From Clostridiales bacterium (lineage in GTDB: Bacteria; Bacillota; Clostridia; Christensenellales; CAG-138), in the NCBI GenBank assembly GCA_009783775.1, contig WRCT01000001.1, positions 1-48,567 on the forward strand: a DNA stretch of 48,567 nt. Reading direction: 5' to 3'. Both the position numbers and the translations under genes were made by a program. How positions within the stretch are numbered: position 1 is the first letter of the stretch; each line of letters begins with the position of its first letter. This document shows, in pieces, positions 17,184 to 26,410 of this stretch. Below the pieces are notes generated by a model, which saw only the letters and a list, made by a program, of their open reading frames with translations, was not told the DNA's origin and searched no databases.

Positions 17184-17192
17184 GGTGACAAG

Positions 17193-17221
17193 AAAAAACT
17201 GCCCACAGCGGGCAGTTTTTT
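17193..17221. terminator. bidirectional intrinsic terminator
   Basis: AAAAAA-CTGCCC-acagc-GGGCAG-TTTTTT, between convergent genes. Confidence 0.85.
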
Positions 17222-17224
17222 CGC

Positions 17225-17272
17225 GGGCGGCTATTAGCCGCCCCTACGCGTAGGGGCGATTATCAATCGCCC
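17225..17272. repeat. pair of GTAGGGGCG-family hairpins (inverted pair)
   Basis: GGGCGGC-tatta-GCCGCCCCTAC, then cg, then GTAGGGGCGAT-tatca-ATCGCCC. The same two stems recur at 12000-12074. Confidence 0.85.
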
Positions 17273-17280
17273 GCTATCAT

Positions 17281-17766
17281 CTAAAATCCCCAAAAGCGTA
17301 TCACATTCAGCATGGGCTCAAAACCGTCATAGATATTGTCCAGCCAGTCGGGGGTGGGCGGGTATACCGGACCGCTGAAGGATTCGGCAAGAACCAACCC
17401 CAAAATAAGAACCACAACATAGAGCAGCCAAAACCCGGCGGCGACCGCGCCGCAGGCGATGCCCGCAGTGGCGAAACCGTTGCCGCCCTCACCCGTTTGC
17501 TTGATCCGCTTCTTCGCGACAATGCCCAGGATAAGGCCGACAATGCCCGACACGCCGCAGCAAATAAAGCCGCAGATGCCGCAGATCATGGACGCGACCG
17601 CCATGCCGTTCGGTTTGCCTGCCGGTGTGGGTTGCGCGGTGGCATAGTCCGCGCTCGGCGCGGGTGCGGGCGCGGCGGGCTGGGCCCCCAAAATGGTGTT
17701 CGAACCGCAGCCGTGGCAGATCAGCGCATTGTTTTCCAGTTCTTTTCCGCAGTAGTTACAAAACAT
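17281..17766 (-). CDS. zinc-ribbon + DUF4190-like membrane protein
   Basis: N-terminal CNYCG..CHGCG. P/A linker. G-rich TM hairpin GLILGIVAKK. AGGAGG RBS. Confidence 0.6.
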   Translation of the reverse strand: MFCNYCGKELENNALICHGCGSNTILGAQPAAPAPAPSADYATAQPTPAGKPNGMAVASMICGICGFICCGVSGIVGLILGIVAKKRIKQTGEGGNGFATAGIACGAVAAGFWLLYVVVLILGLVLAESFSGPVYPPTPDWLDNIYDGFEPMLNVIRFWGF

Positions 17767-18568
17767 TTTCTTGTCCTCCTCTATTTTTCCTTACGATATA
17801 CAGTATAACCCCGATTCCGAAAAGAAACAAGGCCAGCGAGACATATTGCGAGGTGGAGAGGCCCGCGTATACGCCGCGCACCGCGTCGCCGCGAAAGAAC
17901 TCCAGCACAAAACGCCAGACCGAATAGGCCAGCAGGTACACGGCGACGGTCAGTCCGCGCTGTCGGGCCCGCACAAACAGCAGCGCCAGCGCGATGGCCA
18001 GGATGACCAGGAATACGGCCTCCAGCAACGGCACCGCCAGCAGCGGCACATTGGGCGGCGCGCCCAAGGAGACCTCGGGATAGACAATGGCAAAGGGGTG
18101 CGCGGCGCAGACCTCCTGCCCGTAGCAGCAGCCGCCCATCAGACAGCCGATCCGGCCGAGGGCATGGCCCAAAGCCAACGGCGCGGCGGCGACGTCCAGC
18201 ATGGGCAACAGGGGAATATGAAACTTGCGGCAGAAAAAGAGAATGCCCAGAAAACCGCCGATCACGCCGCCGTAAAAGACCATCTCGCCGAAGAGATAAT
18301 ACACCAGCGCCTCGGCTGTCCAGTGCTTGGCGGCGTTCCAGTGAATGGCGACCTCGACGATCTTGGTCAAGGGCCGAAACAAAAACGCGCCCGCCAGCGC
18401 CGCGCCGATGGCGATCAAGAAAATGTAAGAGAAGTTTTCACGGACCAGCGCGTCGCCTTTTTTGCGGGCCAGAAAAACGCCCAGTCCATATGCTGCCAGC
18501 GCGCCAAAAATCAAGGACAGGCCGTAGGCGGGAAGTTCCAAACCAAAGACATAAAAAATGGGGTGCAT
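17756..18568 (-). CDS. lgt: prolipoprotein diacylglyceryl transferase
   Basis: 270 aa polytopic protein. GRIGCLMGGCCYG motif. FLARKKG loop. Confidence 0.85.
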   Translation of the reverse strand: MHPIFYVFGLELPAYGLSLIFGALAAYGLGVFLARKKGDALVRENFSYIFLIAIGAALAGAFLFRPLTKIVEVAIHWNAAKHWTAEALVYYLFGEMVFYGGVIGGFLGILFFCRKFHIPLLPMLDVAAAPLALGHALGRIGCLMGGCCYGQEVCAAHPFAIVYPEVSLGAPPNVPLLAVPLLEAVFLVILAIALALLFVRARQRGLTVAVYLLAYSVWRFVLEFFRGDAVRGVYAGLSTSQYVSLALFLFGIGVILYIVRKNRGGQENVL

Positions 18569-18583
18569 GGGGTTACCTCATTG

Positions 18584-18620
18584 AAAAAAATGCAACACCC
18601 GAAAGACTCGGATGTTGCAT
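18584..18620 (-). terminator. intrinsic terminator after the 18636-18956 CDS
   Basis: Minus strand: ATGCAACA-(21 nt, with an inner CCGAG..CGG stem)-TGTTGCAT followed by TTTTTTT. Confidence 0.65.
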
Positions 18621-18635
18621 CTCGTTGGGAAACGC

Positions 18636-18956
18636 TTAATACGAATAGTACTCCCAGGGGATCTCGTTCAGGGCGCGGCAGGCGATGCAGACGATGCAGG
18701 TGGTGATCAGCACCGAAACCGCCAGGCCGATGATGGAGCAAATGATGCCCGCCGTGGCCATGCCGTGGGGCGCGCCTTGCTCCTTCAGCTGCTTTTTGGA
18801 CACGAGGCCCAAAATCAGACCGACGATCGCGCAGGCCCAGCCCGCGTAGGGAATGCAGCCGAGAATGCCGAGGACCATCGAGGCGATGGACAGACCCTTG
18901 CCTTTAGGCGCCGGGGGTTGCGGTTGATACATTGGGGGTTGTTGTTGATACTCCAT
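18636..18956 (-). CDS. DUF4190-like small membrane protein (P/Q-rich N-terminus)
   Basis: 106 aa. GLILGLVSKK and MATAGIICSIIG resemble the paralog at 17281-17766. AGGAGGG RBS. Confidence 0.6.
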   Translation of the reverse strand: MEYQQQPPMYQPQPPAPKGKGLSIASMVLGILGCIPYAGWACAIVGLILGLVSKKQLKEQGAPHGMATAGIICSIIGLAVSVLITTCIVCIACRALNEIPWEYYSY

Positions 18957-19156
18957 TAAGAAATCCCTCCTAAAATTTTTTCATTGGGTTGTCTTTCGAT
19001 ACCCGACTACAGTATATGCAGGGACGCCGCTTTTGTCAAGTTCTTTTGGACGGTCGAGCGGATTTTCGGCTATCGCTCATATTTCTTAAAAACCCCTTGA
19101 CGAATCAATCAGAAGTGGTATTCTTATTGTATAAATATGGGAGAGGGGGCTTGTTT

Positions 19157-19759
19157 ATGGACAATCGCGCGTTTCATTCGATCAGCTACGGGCTGTTTCT
19201 GCTGACGGTCCGCGACGGCGAGAAGGACACGGGCTGCGTGGTCAATACCTTTATGCAGCTGACTTCTTCACCGGGCCGCGTGGCGCTGGGGCTTTCCAAG
19301 GCCAACTACACGCACGAGGCGCTGACGCGCACCGGCAAGTGTAATGTCACGGTTTTGGCGGGCAATACGCCCTTTGCCACCTTTGAGCGGTTCGGCTTTG
19401 CCAGCGGCAAAAGCGTGGACAAGTTCGCGGGACTGACGCCCGCCCGCACTGAAAACGGGATCGCCTACTTGCCCGAGACCGCCTGCGCGGTGTTCTCCTG
19501 CGCGGTGGTTTCCGCCGCCGACTGGGGCACGCACACCCTGTTTGTGCTGGACGTGACGGACGCGCAAGGCTTGAATAAGCTGGCGCCTTTGACCTACGCG
19601 GACTATCACAAAAACGTCAAGCCCAAGCCCGAGGCGCAAGTCAAAACAGGCTGGCGCTGCCGGATCTGCGGCTGGGTCTATGAGGGCGAAGACCTGCCGC
19701 CGGACATCATCTGCCCCATCTGCAAGCACGGAGCGGTGGATTTTGAGAAAATAGTATAA
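19157..19759 (+). CDS. flavin reductase-like domain fused to rubredoxin
   Basis: Start at ATG 19157 (GGGAGAGGGGG upstream). The C-terminal [12 protein letters not shown] ... CPICKHG is rubredoxin. Confidence 0.75.
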   Translation: MDNRAFHSISYGLFLLTVRDGEKDTGCVVNTFMQLTSSPGRVALGLSKANYTHEALTRTGKCNVTVLAGNTPFATFERFGFASGKSVDKFAGLTPARTENGIAYLPETACAVFSCAVVSAADWGTHTLFVLDVTDAQGLNKLAPLTYADYHKNVKPKPEAQVKTGWRCRICGWVYEGEDLPPDIICPICKHGAVDFEKIV

Positions 19760-19779
19760 ATAAGAGAGGAGAAACAATC

Positions 19780-20319
19780 ATGGATTTGAAAGGGAGCAAA
19801 ACGGAACAGAACCTGATGACGGCCTTTGCGGGCGAGTCTCAGGCGCGCAACAAGTACACCTACTATGCCTCGGCCGCACGGAAAGAGGGCTTTGTGCAGA
19901 TCGGCGATCTCTTTGAGGAGACGGCAAACAACGAAAAGGAACACGCGAAGATTTGGTTCAAGCACCTGCACGGCGGCAGCGTACCGAACACGGCCGCGAA
20001 TCTGGCGGACGCGGCGGCGGGCGAGAACTATGAGTGGACCGAGATGTACGCGGGCTTTGCCAAAGAAGCGCGGGCGGAGGGATTTGATCAGATCGCGGCC
20101 CAGTTTGAGATGGTCGCCAAGATCGAAAAAGAGCACGAGGCGCGCTACCGCAAGCTGCTGGCGAACGTCGAGGGCGGCGAGGTCTTTATAAAAGGCGATG
20201 TGCAGATTTGGGAATGTTCCAACTGCGGCCACCTGCACGTGGGCGACCGCGCGCCGGAGAAGTGTCCGGTTTGCGCGCACCCGCAGGCGTACTTTATGAT
20301 CCGGCCCGTCAATTATTGA
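19780..20319 (+). CDS. rbr: rubrerythrin
   Basis: [19 protein letters not shown] ... EKEHAKIW diiron site, plus C-terminal CSNCGH..CPVCAH. Confidence 0.9.
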   Translation: MDLKGSKTEQNLMTAFAGESQARNKYTYYASAARKEGFVQIGDLFEETANNEKEHAKIWFKHLHGGSVPNTAANLADAAAGENYEWTEMYAGFAKEARAEGFDQIAAQFEMVAKIEKEHEARYRKLLANVEGGEVFIKGDVQIWECSNCGHLHVGDRAPEKCPVCAHPQAYFMIRPVNY

Positions 20320-20324
20320 CGGAA

Positions 20325-20569
20325 TGTACAATGTACAAACTACAAACTACAATTGTGGTAACGGGGCATTCTGCCCCGTTTCTTATTTGATAAATTTTAC
20401 AAATTTTGTGCAACCTTTTTTCACAATATGTGGTATTATGTATATGTTGTATGGCTATAATTTGTGTGTAATGCTAAAAATAAAGAAAAACACAGAGTGT
20501 TTTTTTCCTCAATTGTAGTTTGTAGTTTGTACATTGTAGTTTTTTGTATTGTAGTTTGTAGTTTGGAGA
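20325..20569. repeat. TIR-bounded heptad element with AT-rich core
   Basis: Left arm TGTACAA x2 ACTACAA x2 (20325-20352). Right arm TTGTAGT/TTGTACA units (20513-20569). The innermost ~32 nt of each side, including the CAATTG[A/T]GG junction, are reverse complements of each other. The core holds a GC hairpin, ~95 bp of AT-rich DNA and the hairpin AAAAACAC-aga-GTGTTTTT. Confidence 0.85.
20361..20389 (+). terminator. intrinsic terminator after rubrerythrin
   Basis: ACGGGGC-attct-GCCCCGT followed by TTCTTATTT. Confidence 0.65.
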
Positions 20570-20573
20570 AAAT

Positions 20574-21266
20574 ATGGAACAAAGCCCTGCCGGCCCATTC
20601 ATCGACATTCGCGGCGTGACAAAGGTCTACCATGTGGGGGACGTGGATGTGCACGCCCTGCGCGGCGTGGATTTGCAGATCAAAAAAGGCGAGCTTTGCT
20701 GCATTGTCGGGCGCAGTGGCTCGGGCAAGTCCACCCTCTTGAATGTGCTGGCGGGTTTGGAGCGCGTGACCGCGGGCGAGATCACCATCGCGGGCCAGCG
20801 TTTGGACAAAATGTCCGAGGCCGAGATGATTTTGTTTCGGCAGAAATATGTGGGGTTTGTGTTCCAGTCCTTTAACCTCATGCCCTACTACACCGCGCTG
20901 GAGAATGTGGCCTTTCCCCTGTCGTTTCGCGGTATGCCGCAAAAGGAGCGCAACGCGCAGGCGTTGGATATCCTGACGCAAATGGGTTTGGAGACGCACC
21001 AGCGCCACAAGCCGGCGCAGCTCTCCGGCGGACAGCAGCAGCGGGTGGGGATCGCGCGCGCGCTGGTGGGGCGGCCCGAGCTGGTCTTTGCGGACGAGCC
21101 CACGGGCAACCTGGACTTTGCCACAAGCGATGAAGTCATGCACAGCATTCGGGATATCTGTAGAGCGCAGAACAAGACGCTGATCATGGTCACGCACGAT
21201 CAGCATATCGCGGAGTTTGCGGACCGGACGATTCAGTTGTTGGACGGGAGAGTAGTGGACAGTTGA
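20574..21266 (+). CDS. ABC transporter ATP-binding protein (MacB/LolD/FtsE-like)
   Basis: Walker [10 protein letters not shown]. Signature LSGGQQQRV. Walker B LVFADEPT. The RBS GGAGA is a degenerate heptad. The stop TGA lies inside the GACAGTT array. Confidence 0.9.
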   Translation: MEQSPAGPFIDIRGVTKVYHVGDVDVHALRGVDLQIKKGELCCIVGRSGSGKSTLLNVLAGLERVTAGEITIAGQRLDKMSEAEMILFRQKYVGFVFQSFNLMPYYTALENVAFPLSFRGMPQKERNAQALDILTQMGLETHQRHKPAQLSGGQQQRVGIARALVGRPELVFADEPTGNLDFATSDEVMHSIRDICRAQNKTLIMVTHDQHIAEFADRTIQLLDGRVVDS

Positions 21267-21389
21267 CAGGGGACAGTTGACAGTTGAGGAAAAAACAGCT
21301 CTGCTGTTTTCTATCATTTGATAAAATTAAAAACGGGCGGCGCAGGCGACCGTTACCACAATTGTAGTTTGTACATTGTAGTTTGTAGT
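21258..21389. repeat. intercistronic heptad-armed hairpin element
   Basis: Arm GACAGTT GACAGGG GACAGTT GACAGTT. Hairpin AAAAAACAGC-tct-GCTGTTTT. The box GTTTTCTATCATTTGAT starts in the hairpin's 3-prime arm. A second GC hairpin. Arm TTGTAGT TTGTACA TTGTAGT TTGTAGT. Confidence 0.9.
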
Positions 21390-21410
21390 TTGAAATAACG
21401 GGAGGATGTT

Positions 21411-22805
21411 ATGAAAAAATATTTCGTGTTTTTACTGGCGATGCTGTTGCTGTTGGCGCCGGCGGCGCTGGCGGCGGAGGGGGATACGCCGATGTTTACC
21501 TCCGGCGCGCTGACCTGGCCCATCGGGATCGACGTGGCGGCGGCGGGCGGGATAGGCGCGCCCAAAGGGGAACGCAACAAGTCGCTGACGATTGAGTTGC
21601 CGCTCACCAACCTGGGCAACAAGCCGCTGTATTTTGTGTCCATCACGCCCGAGGTCACCATCAATCTCGAAACCTTTCCGTTCGAGATCAAACAGCTGGA
21701 CTACACGACGAAATACAACGGGACCCTGGGCCAGGGCGCGCCCTGGTTTGTGAGCTATACCTTCACCGTGGCCAACTATGCCACGCGCGGGATCAAGCAG
21801 GTGAACTTTATCCTCTCCTACCGCGAGGAAGACTCGCTGAAGGTCGAGCCCCAGACCATTATCCTGCCCGTCTTTGTGAACATCACGCGCGGATACTCGC
21901 CGGGCGGGGGCGGCGGCACGGTACGGCCCATGCCCAAGCTGATCGTGGAGAAGTTTTCCTTGAGCGAGGACAGGCTGTTTGCGGGCGAGAACTTTACGCT
22001 GACCATGTATCTGCGCAACACCTCGACCACGGAGGGCATTCGCAACCTGGAGATCAACATCGGCGACCCGAGCGGCACGATCCTGCCCGGCGGGTCAGGC
22101 TCGGGCACCATGTTTGTTGACGCCATCGGCAAAGATGAAACCATCGCGCAGGAGATCAAACTCCAGTCCGCGCCGGACGCGGACGCGAAGGCCTATACGC
22201 TGTCCCTCTCCTTCGGTTATGACGGGGCGACAAGCCGCCAGCCGTTCACGGCGGAGACCACGATCACCCTGCGCATTTCCCAGCGGCTGCGCGTTAAGGC
22301 GGACGACCCCGTCTCCTTCGGCGAGCCCTGGGTCGGCCAGCCCTATGACCTGTATATGAACGTCTATAACATGGGCAAGTCCATCGTCTACAACTGCGCG
22401 ATCTCGGTCGAGGGGCCGGGTATGTCCATGTTAGAGCCCTTCTTCGGCGGCAACCTTGCGCCGGGCGGCACCCTGGGCGCGGACTTTGCGCTGATGTTCG
22501 AGCAGGGCGGTTTTTTGCAGGGCGAGATGGTCGTGTCCTATGAGGACGTGTACGGCGAGCTGTTCGAGCAGCGCATTCCGTTCGAGCGTTTTGTCAATGA
22601 GGAATTTTACAATCCCGATGGGGATTTCGGTATCGACGGGCCGGCCTTCCCCGACATCGGAATGCCCGATATGCCCACGCGTCCGGTGAGGCGGACCGGC
22701 AATCTCACGCTCTGGCTGCTCATCGGCGGCGGCGCGGTGGTGCTGGTCGGAGGCGGACTGACGGCGTTCTTTTTGATCCGCAAGAAACGGAAGGGGAACG
22801 GATAG
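21411..22805 (+). CDS. exported Ig-like multi-domain protein with C-terminal TM anchor (COG1361/CARDB-like)
   Basis: Signal peptide ending ALAAEG. Three beta-rich repeats. C-terminal TM plus RKKRKG. Embedded between the ABC ATPase and the FtsX permease. Confidence 0.6.
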   Translation: MKKYFVFLLAMLLLLAPAALAAEGDTPMFTSGALTWPIGIDVAAAGGIGAPKGERNKSLTIELPLTNLGNKPLYFVSITPEVTINLETFPFEIKQLDYTTKYNGTLGQGAPWFVSYTFTVANYATRGIKQVNFILSYREEDSLKVEPQTIILPVFVNITRGYSPGGGGGTVRPMPKLIVEKFSLSEDRLFAGENFTLTMYLRNTSTTEGIRNLEINIGDPSGTILPGGSGSGTMFVDAIGKDETIAQEIKLQSAPDADAKAYTLSLSFGYDGATSRQPFTAETTITLRISQRLRVKADDPVSFGEPWVGQPYDLYMNVYNMGKSIVYNCAISVEGPGMSMLEPFFGGNLAPGGTLGADFALMFEQGGFLQGEMVVSYEDVYGELFEQRIPFERFVNEEFYNPDGDFGIDGPAFPDIGMPDMPTRPVRRTGNLTLWLLIGGGAVVLVGGGLTAFFLIRKKRKGNG

Positions 22806-22812
22806 GAAACGA

Positions 22813-22947
22813 AACCGCGAAACACGCAAGCGGTAGCGGTATCCGTCATTGCGGGCCCCGACCCGCAATCTCTCTGCTTTATTTGCTCAGAGATTGCGGA
22901 TCAAGTCCGCAATGACATAAAAAGAGGCTTTCGTGTTTTTCGCGGTT
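22813..22947. repeat. composite BIME-like element: outer ~19-21-nt imperfect inverted repeat enclosing two inverted REP units
   Basis: AACCGCGAAACACGCAAGC / GCTTTCGTGTTTTTCGCGGTT enclose CGTCATTGCGGG..CCCGCAATCTC (22844-22872) and GAGATTGCGGA..TCCGCAATGACA (22890-22917). Confidence 0.85.
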
Positions 22948-22984
22948 AAATAAATCGTAACATTTTTATGGAGGATTGATATTA

Positions 22985-24289
22985 GTGCGTCCCTTTGACC
23001 TGCTGCGTGTCGCGTTTTTGAATCTGTGGCGGCGCAAGCTCCGCGCGTTTTTGACCGTGCTGGGGCTCGTCATCGGCATCACGGCGATCGTCGTCATGGT
23101 GTCGCTTGGCATTGGCATTGAGCAGGCGACGATGGATCTTTTCGCGGGCACGGGCAGCCTGCTGATCATTGAGGTCTCGCCCTGGCGCTGGATCGAGACG
23201 CCGGGCGGCGGCGGCACGGGCACGGAGACCAAATTAGACGAAAAGAGCGTGGAGGCCTTCCGGCAGATACCGGGCGTGCGGTCCGTCATGCCGCTGGTGG
23301 AGGCCTGGGGCATGATCACCACAAGCCGCTTTACCACCAGCGTCAGCATTTTAGGCGTCGACGAGGAGACCGCCGTGGATTTCGGCTTTGACCTGGCCGA
23401 GGGGCGGCTGCCCACGCACCAGCGCGGCTCGCGCAATTTTGAGATGGTGTTCGGCAACTGGGTGTTGGACAGTTTTTACAACCCGAAAAACGGCAATCCG
23501 GCGATCGACCGCGAAGGCAATTCCATGATCAAGATGACCAACCGCTTTCGCATGACCTTCGACTGGATGAACATCTACGACACGGGCGGTATGCCCCCGC
23601 CGGAGAATTACTCGCCGGGCCGGTTTTATAACATTACGCCCGTGGGGCGCATGGATCAGATGAGCAACCGGTTTTCGTTTTACAGCCTGATGGACGTAAA
23701 CGCGTTGGAACAACTGATTCGCGAGAACCGTGATTTTATCGGCCAGCAGCCGGGCGGCGGCTACAATCAGGTGCTGGTCAAGTGCGACGACTTAAACAGC
23801 GTGGCCTCGGTAAAGATGGCGATCGACGCGATGGAATACGGCACGTTCAGTATGCTGGACGCGGTGAACGCGGCCCTGGCGCAGACGCGTCAACAGCGTA
23901 TGCTGCTGGGCGCGATCGGCGGCGTGGCGCTGCTCGTGGCGGCCATCGGCATTATGAACACCATGATGATGAGTATTTATGAGCGCACGCGGGAGATCGG
24001 GATCATCAAGGTCCTGGGCTGCCGCATGGGCAATATCGTCACCCTCTTTTTGGCGGAGGCCATGCTGATCGGCCTGGCAGGCGGCGTATTGGGGTTGGGG
24101 CTTTCTTATCTCGTGTCTTTCGTGTTGAATGTGTTTCGGGAGGCGGGCTCAAATATCCTCAGCATCATTCCGACCTATCTGGCCTTCGGCGCGGTGGCGT
24201 TCTCTGTTTTTGTGGCCATGCTGTTCGGGCTCTATCCCGCCATTCGGGCCATGCGCCTGTCCGCGCTGGCCGCGATTCGCAACGAATAG
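22985..24289 (+). CDS. ABC transporter permease, FtsX/MacB family
   Basis: GTG 22985 preferred (GGAGGA 9 nt upstream). N-terminal TM, large extracytoplasmic domain, and the C-terminal FtsX block YERTREIGIIKVLG. Confidence 0.85.
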   Translation: MRPFDLLRVAFLNLWRRKLRAFLTVLGLVIGITAIVVMVSLGIGIEQATMDLFAGTGSLLIIEVSPWRWIETPGGGGTGTETKLDEKSVEAFRQIPGVRSVMPLVEAWGMITTSRFTTSVSILGVDEETAVDFGFDLAEGRLPTHQRGSRNFEMVFGNWVLDSFYNPKNGNPAIDREGNSMIKMTNRFRMTFDWMNIYDTGGMPPPENYSPGRFYNITPVGRMDQMSNRFSFYSLMDVNALEQLIRENRDFIGQQPGGGYNQVLVKCDDLNSVASVKMAIDAMEYGTFSMLDAVNAALAQTRQQRMLLGAIGGVALLVAAIGIMNTMMMSIYERTREIGIIKVLGCRMGNIVTLFLAEAMLIGLAGGVLGLGLSYLVSFVLNVFREAGSNILSIIPTYLAFGAVAFSVFVAMLFGLYPAIRAMRLSALAAIRNE

Positions 24290-24313
24290 ACGTCATAGTT
24301 GTTATGGGAGTGT

Positions 24314-24346
24314 AAACAAACCCTGCGCGGGGTTTGTTTTTTTGCG
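24314..24346 (+). terminator. intrinsic terminator after the ABC operon
   Basis: AAACAAACCC-tgcgcg-GGGTTTGTTT followed by TTTT. Confidence 0.8.
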
Positions 24347-24367
24347 CGTGTATGTTATATGTAGAAT

Positions 24368-26230
24368 ATGAAACGTTTGCAGGCGCTGTGTTTTGCTATA
24401 CTTTTTGTCTTGTCCGCGCTGGCCGTGCCGCAGCGCGCGGTCGGCGAGAGCAACCCCGTCGTGCGCGTGCTGCTGTCCGCCGGCACGCCCGCGAGCTTGA
24501 CCGTTACGCTGTCCGGCAACTATACCGTGGAGAAAACAAAGGTGACGGGCGGGACGCTCACGGCCACTTATACAGGCGGAAAAATCAAGGTCACACACTC
24601 GGAGGCCGGCGATATTGTCACGTCCGACATGATACAGATTGTGCGGGAGGCGGGCGCGCCGAATACCACGAACGCGCGGTTGCGGCACTTAAGCGGCTCG
24701 GAGCGCGCCTATTTGGGCGACCTTGTGCTACGGCCCTCGGGCGCCGGTGTGCAGGCGATCAACCATGTGCCCATGCGCGAGTATCTTTACGGCGTGGTGC
24801 GGGCCGAGGTGGGCGAAAGCGCCCATGCCGAACTGCTAAAGGCCCAGACTATTATCAGCCGTTGCTTTGCCCTGGGCGAAATGGCGGCCCGCACGCGGCA
24901 GACCTATGACGTGACGGACACCACCAGCACCCAGGTTTATATGGGTTATCCCCCGTCCATCCCGCGCATTACCGCCGCGGTCGACGCCCACTATCAGCAC
25001 ACTCTGCGTTACGGCACGCATATTGTCAAAACACATTACGGCCAGGCCAACGGCGGCGTGGTCCTAACGCCCAAAACGCGCTGGGGCGGCACAACGGCCT
25101 ATGAAAACGCCTACCAACTGCGTTACGATCCCTTTGACCTGCGGTCGAACGCGAACAATCTGACGCTCGCCATTGACGGCCGCGCGCCGGAGGCGATGAA
25201 CCGAACGCTGTATGAGTATCTGCTCTCCCTCGCCACCGCCGCCGTCTCGGGCACGGCGACAAGGATTGTGTCCGTCTCGGCCATACAGGGTCTGGACAGC
25301 GCGGGCAAGGAGATGGGGCTGCCCACCACCTCCCCGCTGCAGGACCAGGCCGCCATGAAGGTCACTTTGATCGCGGCGCGCAGCAGCGGCGGCAATGTGA
25401 CGGCTACGGTGACGGTCAACTACGCGGCGCTGATCGGGCGCGGGCTGTCCATGCCCGGCGACCGCAACCGCCATTTTGTCACACAGACGGGCGACCAGAA
25501 GTGGTGCCTTGCCTTTGGCCTGTCCAGCGGGCCGCGCGTGGGGCTGTCGCACCGGGGCGCGCAGCAGATGGCCGCGCTGGGGTACTCTTATGTAGACATC
25601 TTGAAATTTTACTACCCCGGCGCCACACTCTATGACGAAGCGGGCAAGACCGTCGCGCCGCAAAAGGATACCTCCTTAAGCGGCGTAATGACCGCGCTGG
25701 GCTTGGGCGGCGGGCCCACACCCACGCCCACGCCTTCTTCCACGCCCGAACCGATTATCACCGCCTATGGCCAAATCAACGCGTCCGGCGTGAATTTCCG
25801 CAGCGGGCCCTCCACCGACGACCCCAGCATGGGCCTTTTGAGCCGAAACACGCAGGTGGGAATCTATGGCACGGTGAAAAACAGCAAGGGCGAGACCTGG
25901 TATTATCTGATCCTGCCGGCCACCGGACAGAAGGGTTATGTGCGCAGCGATTTTATCACCGTCACGGCTGCGGTCACGCCCAGCCCAGATCCCACGCCCC
26001 GCCCGCTGCCGACGCCCAACCCCGATATCGTGCCCAAGCGGGTGGGCGATGTAAACGGCGACGGCGAGATCACCGCCGTGGACGCGTCCCTGATCCTGCG
26101 CTGGCTGGTACAGCTGGTTGCCCTCAACCCCGCCCAGCTCACGGCGGCGGACGTGAACGGCGACGGTTCGGTCACCGCCCGGGACGCGTCAAAAATCCTG
26201 CGCTATCTTGTCGAACTGGATACACTTTAG
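24368..26230 (+). CDS. SpoIID/LytB-domain protein with SH3b and C-terminal dockerin-like module
   Basis: Signal peptide. YLYGVVRAEVGESAHAELLKAQTIISR ... TSTQVYMGY (SpoIID pattern). P/T linker. One SH3b. DVNGDGEITAVD and DVNGDGSVTARD loops. Confidence 0.75.
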   Translation: MKRLQALCFAILFVLSALAVPQRAVGESNPVVRVLLSAGTPASLTVTLSGNYTVEKTKVTGGTLTATYTGGKIKVTHSEAGDIVTSDMIQIVREAGAPNTTNARLRHLSGSERAYLGDLVLRPSGAGVQAINHVPMREYLYGVVRAEVGESAHAELLKAQTIISRCFALGEMAARTRQTYDVTDTTSTQVYMGYPPSIPRITAAVDAHYQHTLRYGTHIVKTHYGQANGGVVLTPKTRWGGTTAYENAYQLRYDPFDLRSNANNLTLAIDGRAPEAMNRTLYEYLLSLATAAVSGTATRIVSVSAIQGLDSAGKEMGLPTTSPLQDQAAMKVTLIAARSSGGNVTATVTVNYAALIGRGLSMPGDRNRHFVTQTGDQKWCLAFGLSSGPRVGLSHRGAQQMAALGYSYVDILKFYYPGATLYDEAGKTVAPQKDTSLSGVMTALGLGGGPTPTPTPSSTPEPIITAYGQINASGVNFRSGPSTDDPSMGLLSRNTQVGIYGTVKNSKGETWYYLILPATGQKGYVRSDFITVTAAVTPSPDPTPRPLPTPNPDIVPKRVGDVNGDGEITAVDASLILRWLVQLVALNPAQLTAADVNGDGSVTARDASKILRYLVELDTL

Positions 26231-26410
26231 GGGATTGGTTTTTGCGCCCATTATTGTATTTTTGTCCCAGTCAATATATTCCAAATAACAGAATTTTGAT
26301 TTGATTTTGCAGTTTTCATGCATTTTGTTTACCCTTGTTTCACAACTATATCACGCTTTCCATAGTAAAATATACTATGTCAAGCTATCAAGTTAAAGGG
26401 GGTTTTCGGT

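Noticed and set aside
18989-19156. The upstream start, giving a 256-aa version of the flavin reductase-rubredoxin ORF.
   Set aside because: The first 56 codons cover promoter-like AT-rich DNA and lack an RBS. ATG 19157 follows GGGAGAGGGGG and gives a normal flavin-reductase N-terminus.
18957-19156. A PerR-type operator upstream of the rubredoxin/rubrerythrin genes (TTATTGTATAAATA).
   Set aside because: It only loosely resembles the PerR box as I remember it. I could not define a convincing inverted repeat, so it is not reported as a feature.
20324-20518. The 64-aa ORF, and mini-ORFs such as MWYYVYVVWL, inside the AT-rich core upstream of the ABC transporter (possible exported peptide or leader peptide).
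   Set aside because: No RBS precedes any of them. The long ORF starts inside the heptad arm and crosses a terminator hairpin. Composition alone explains open frames of this length.
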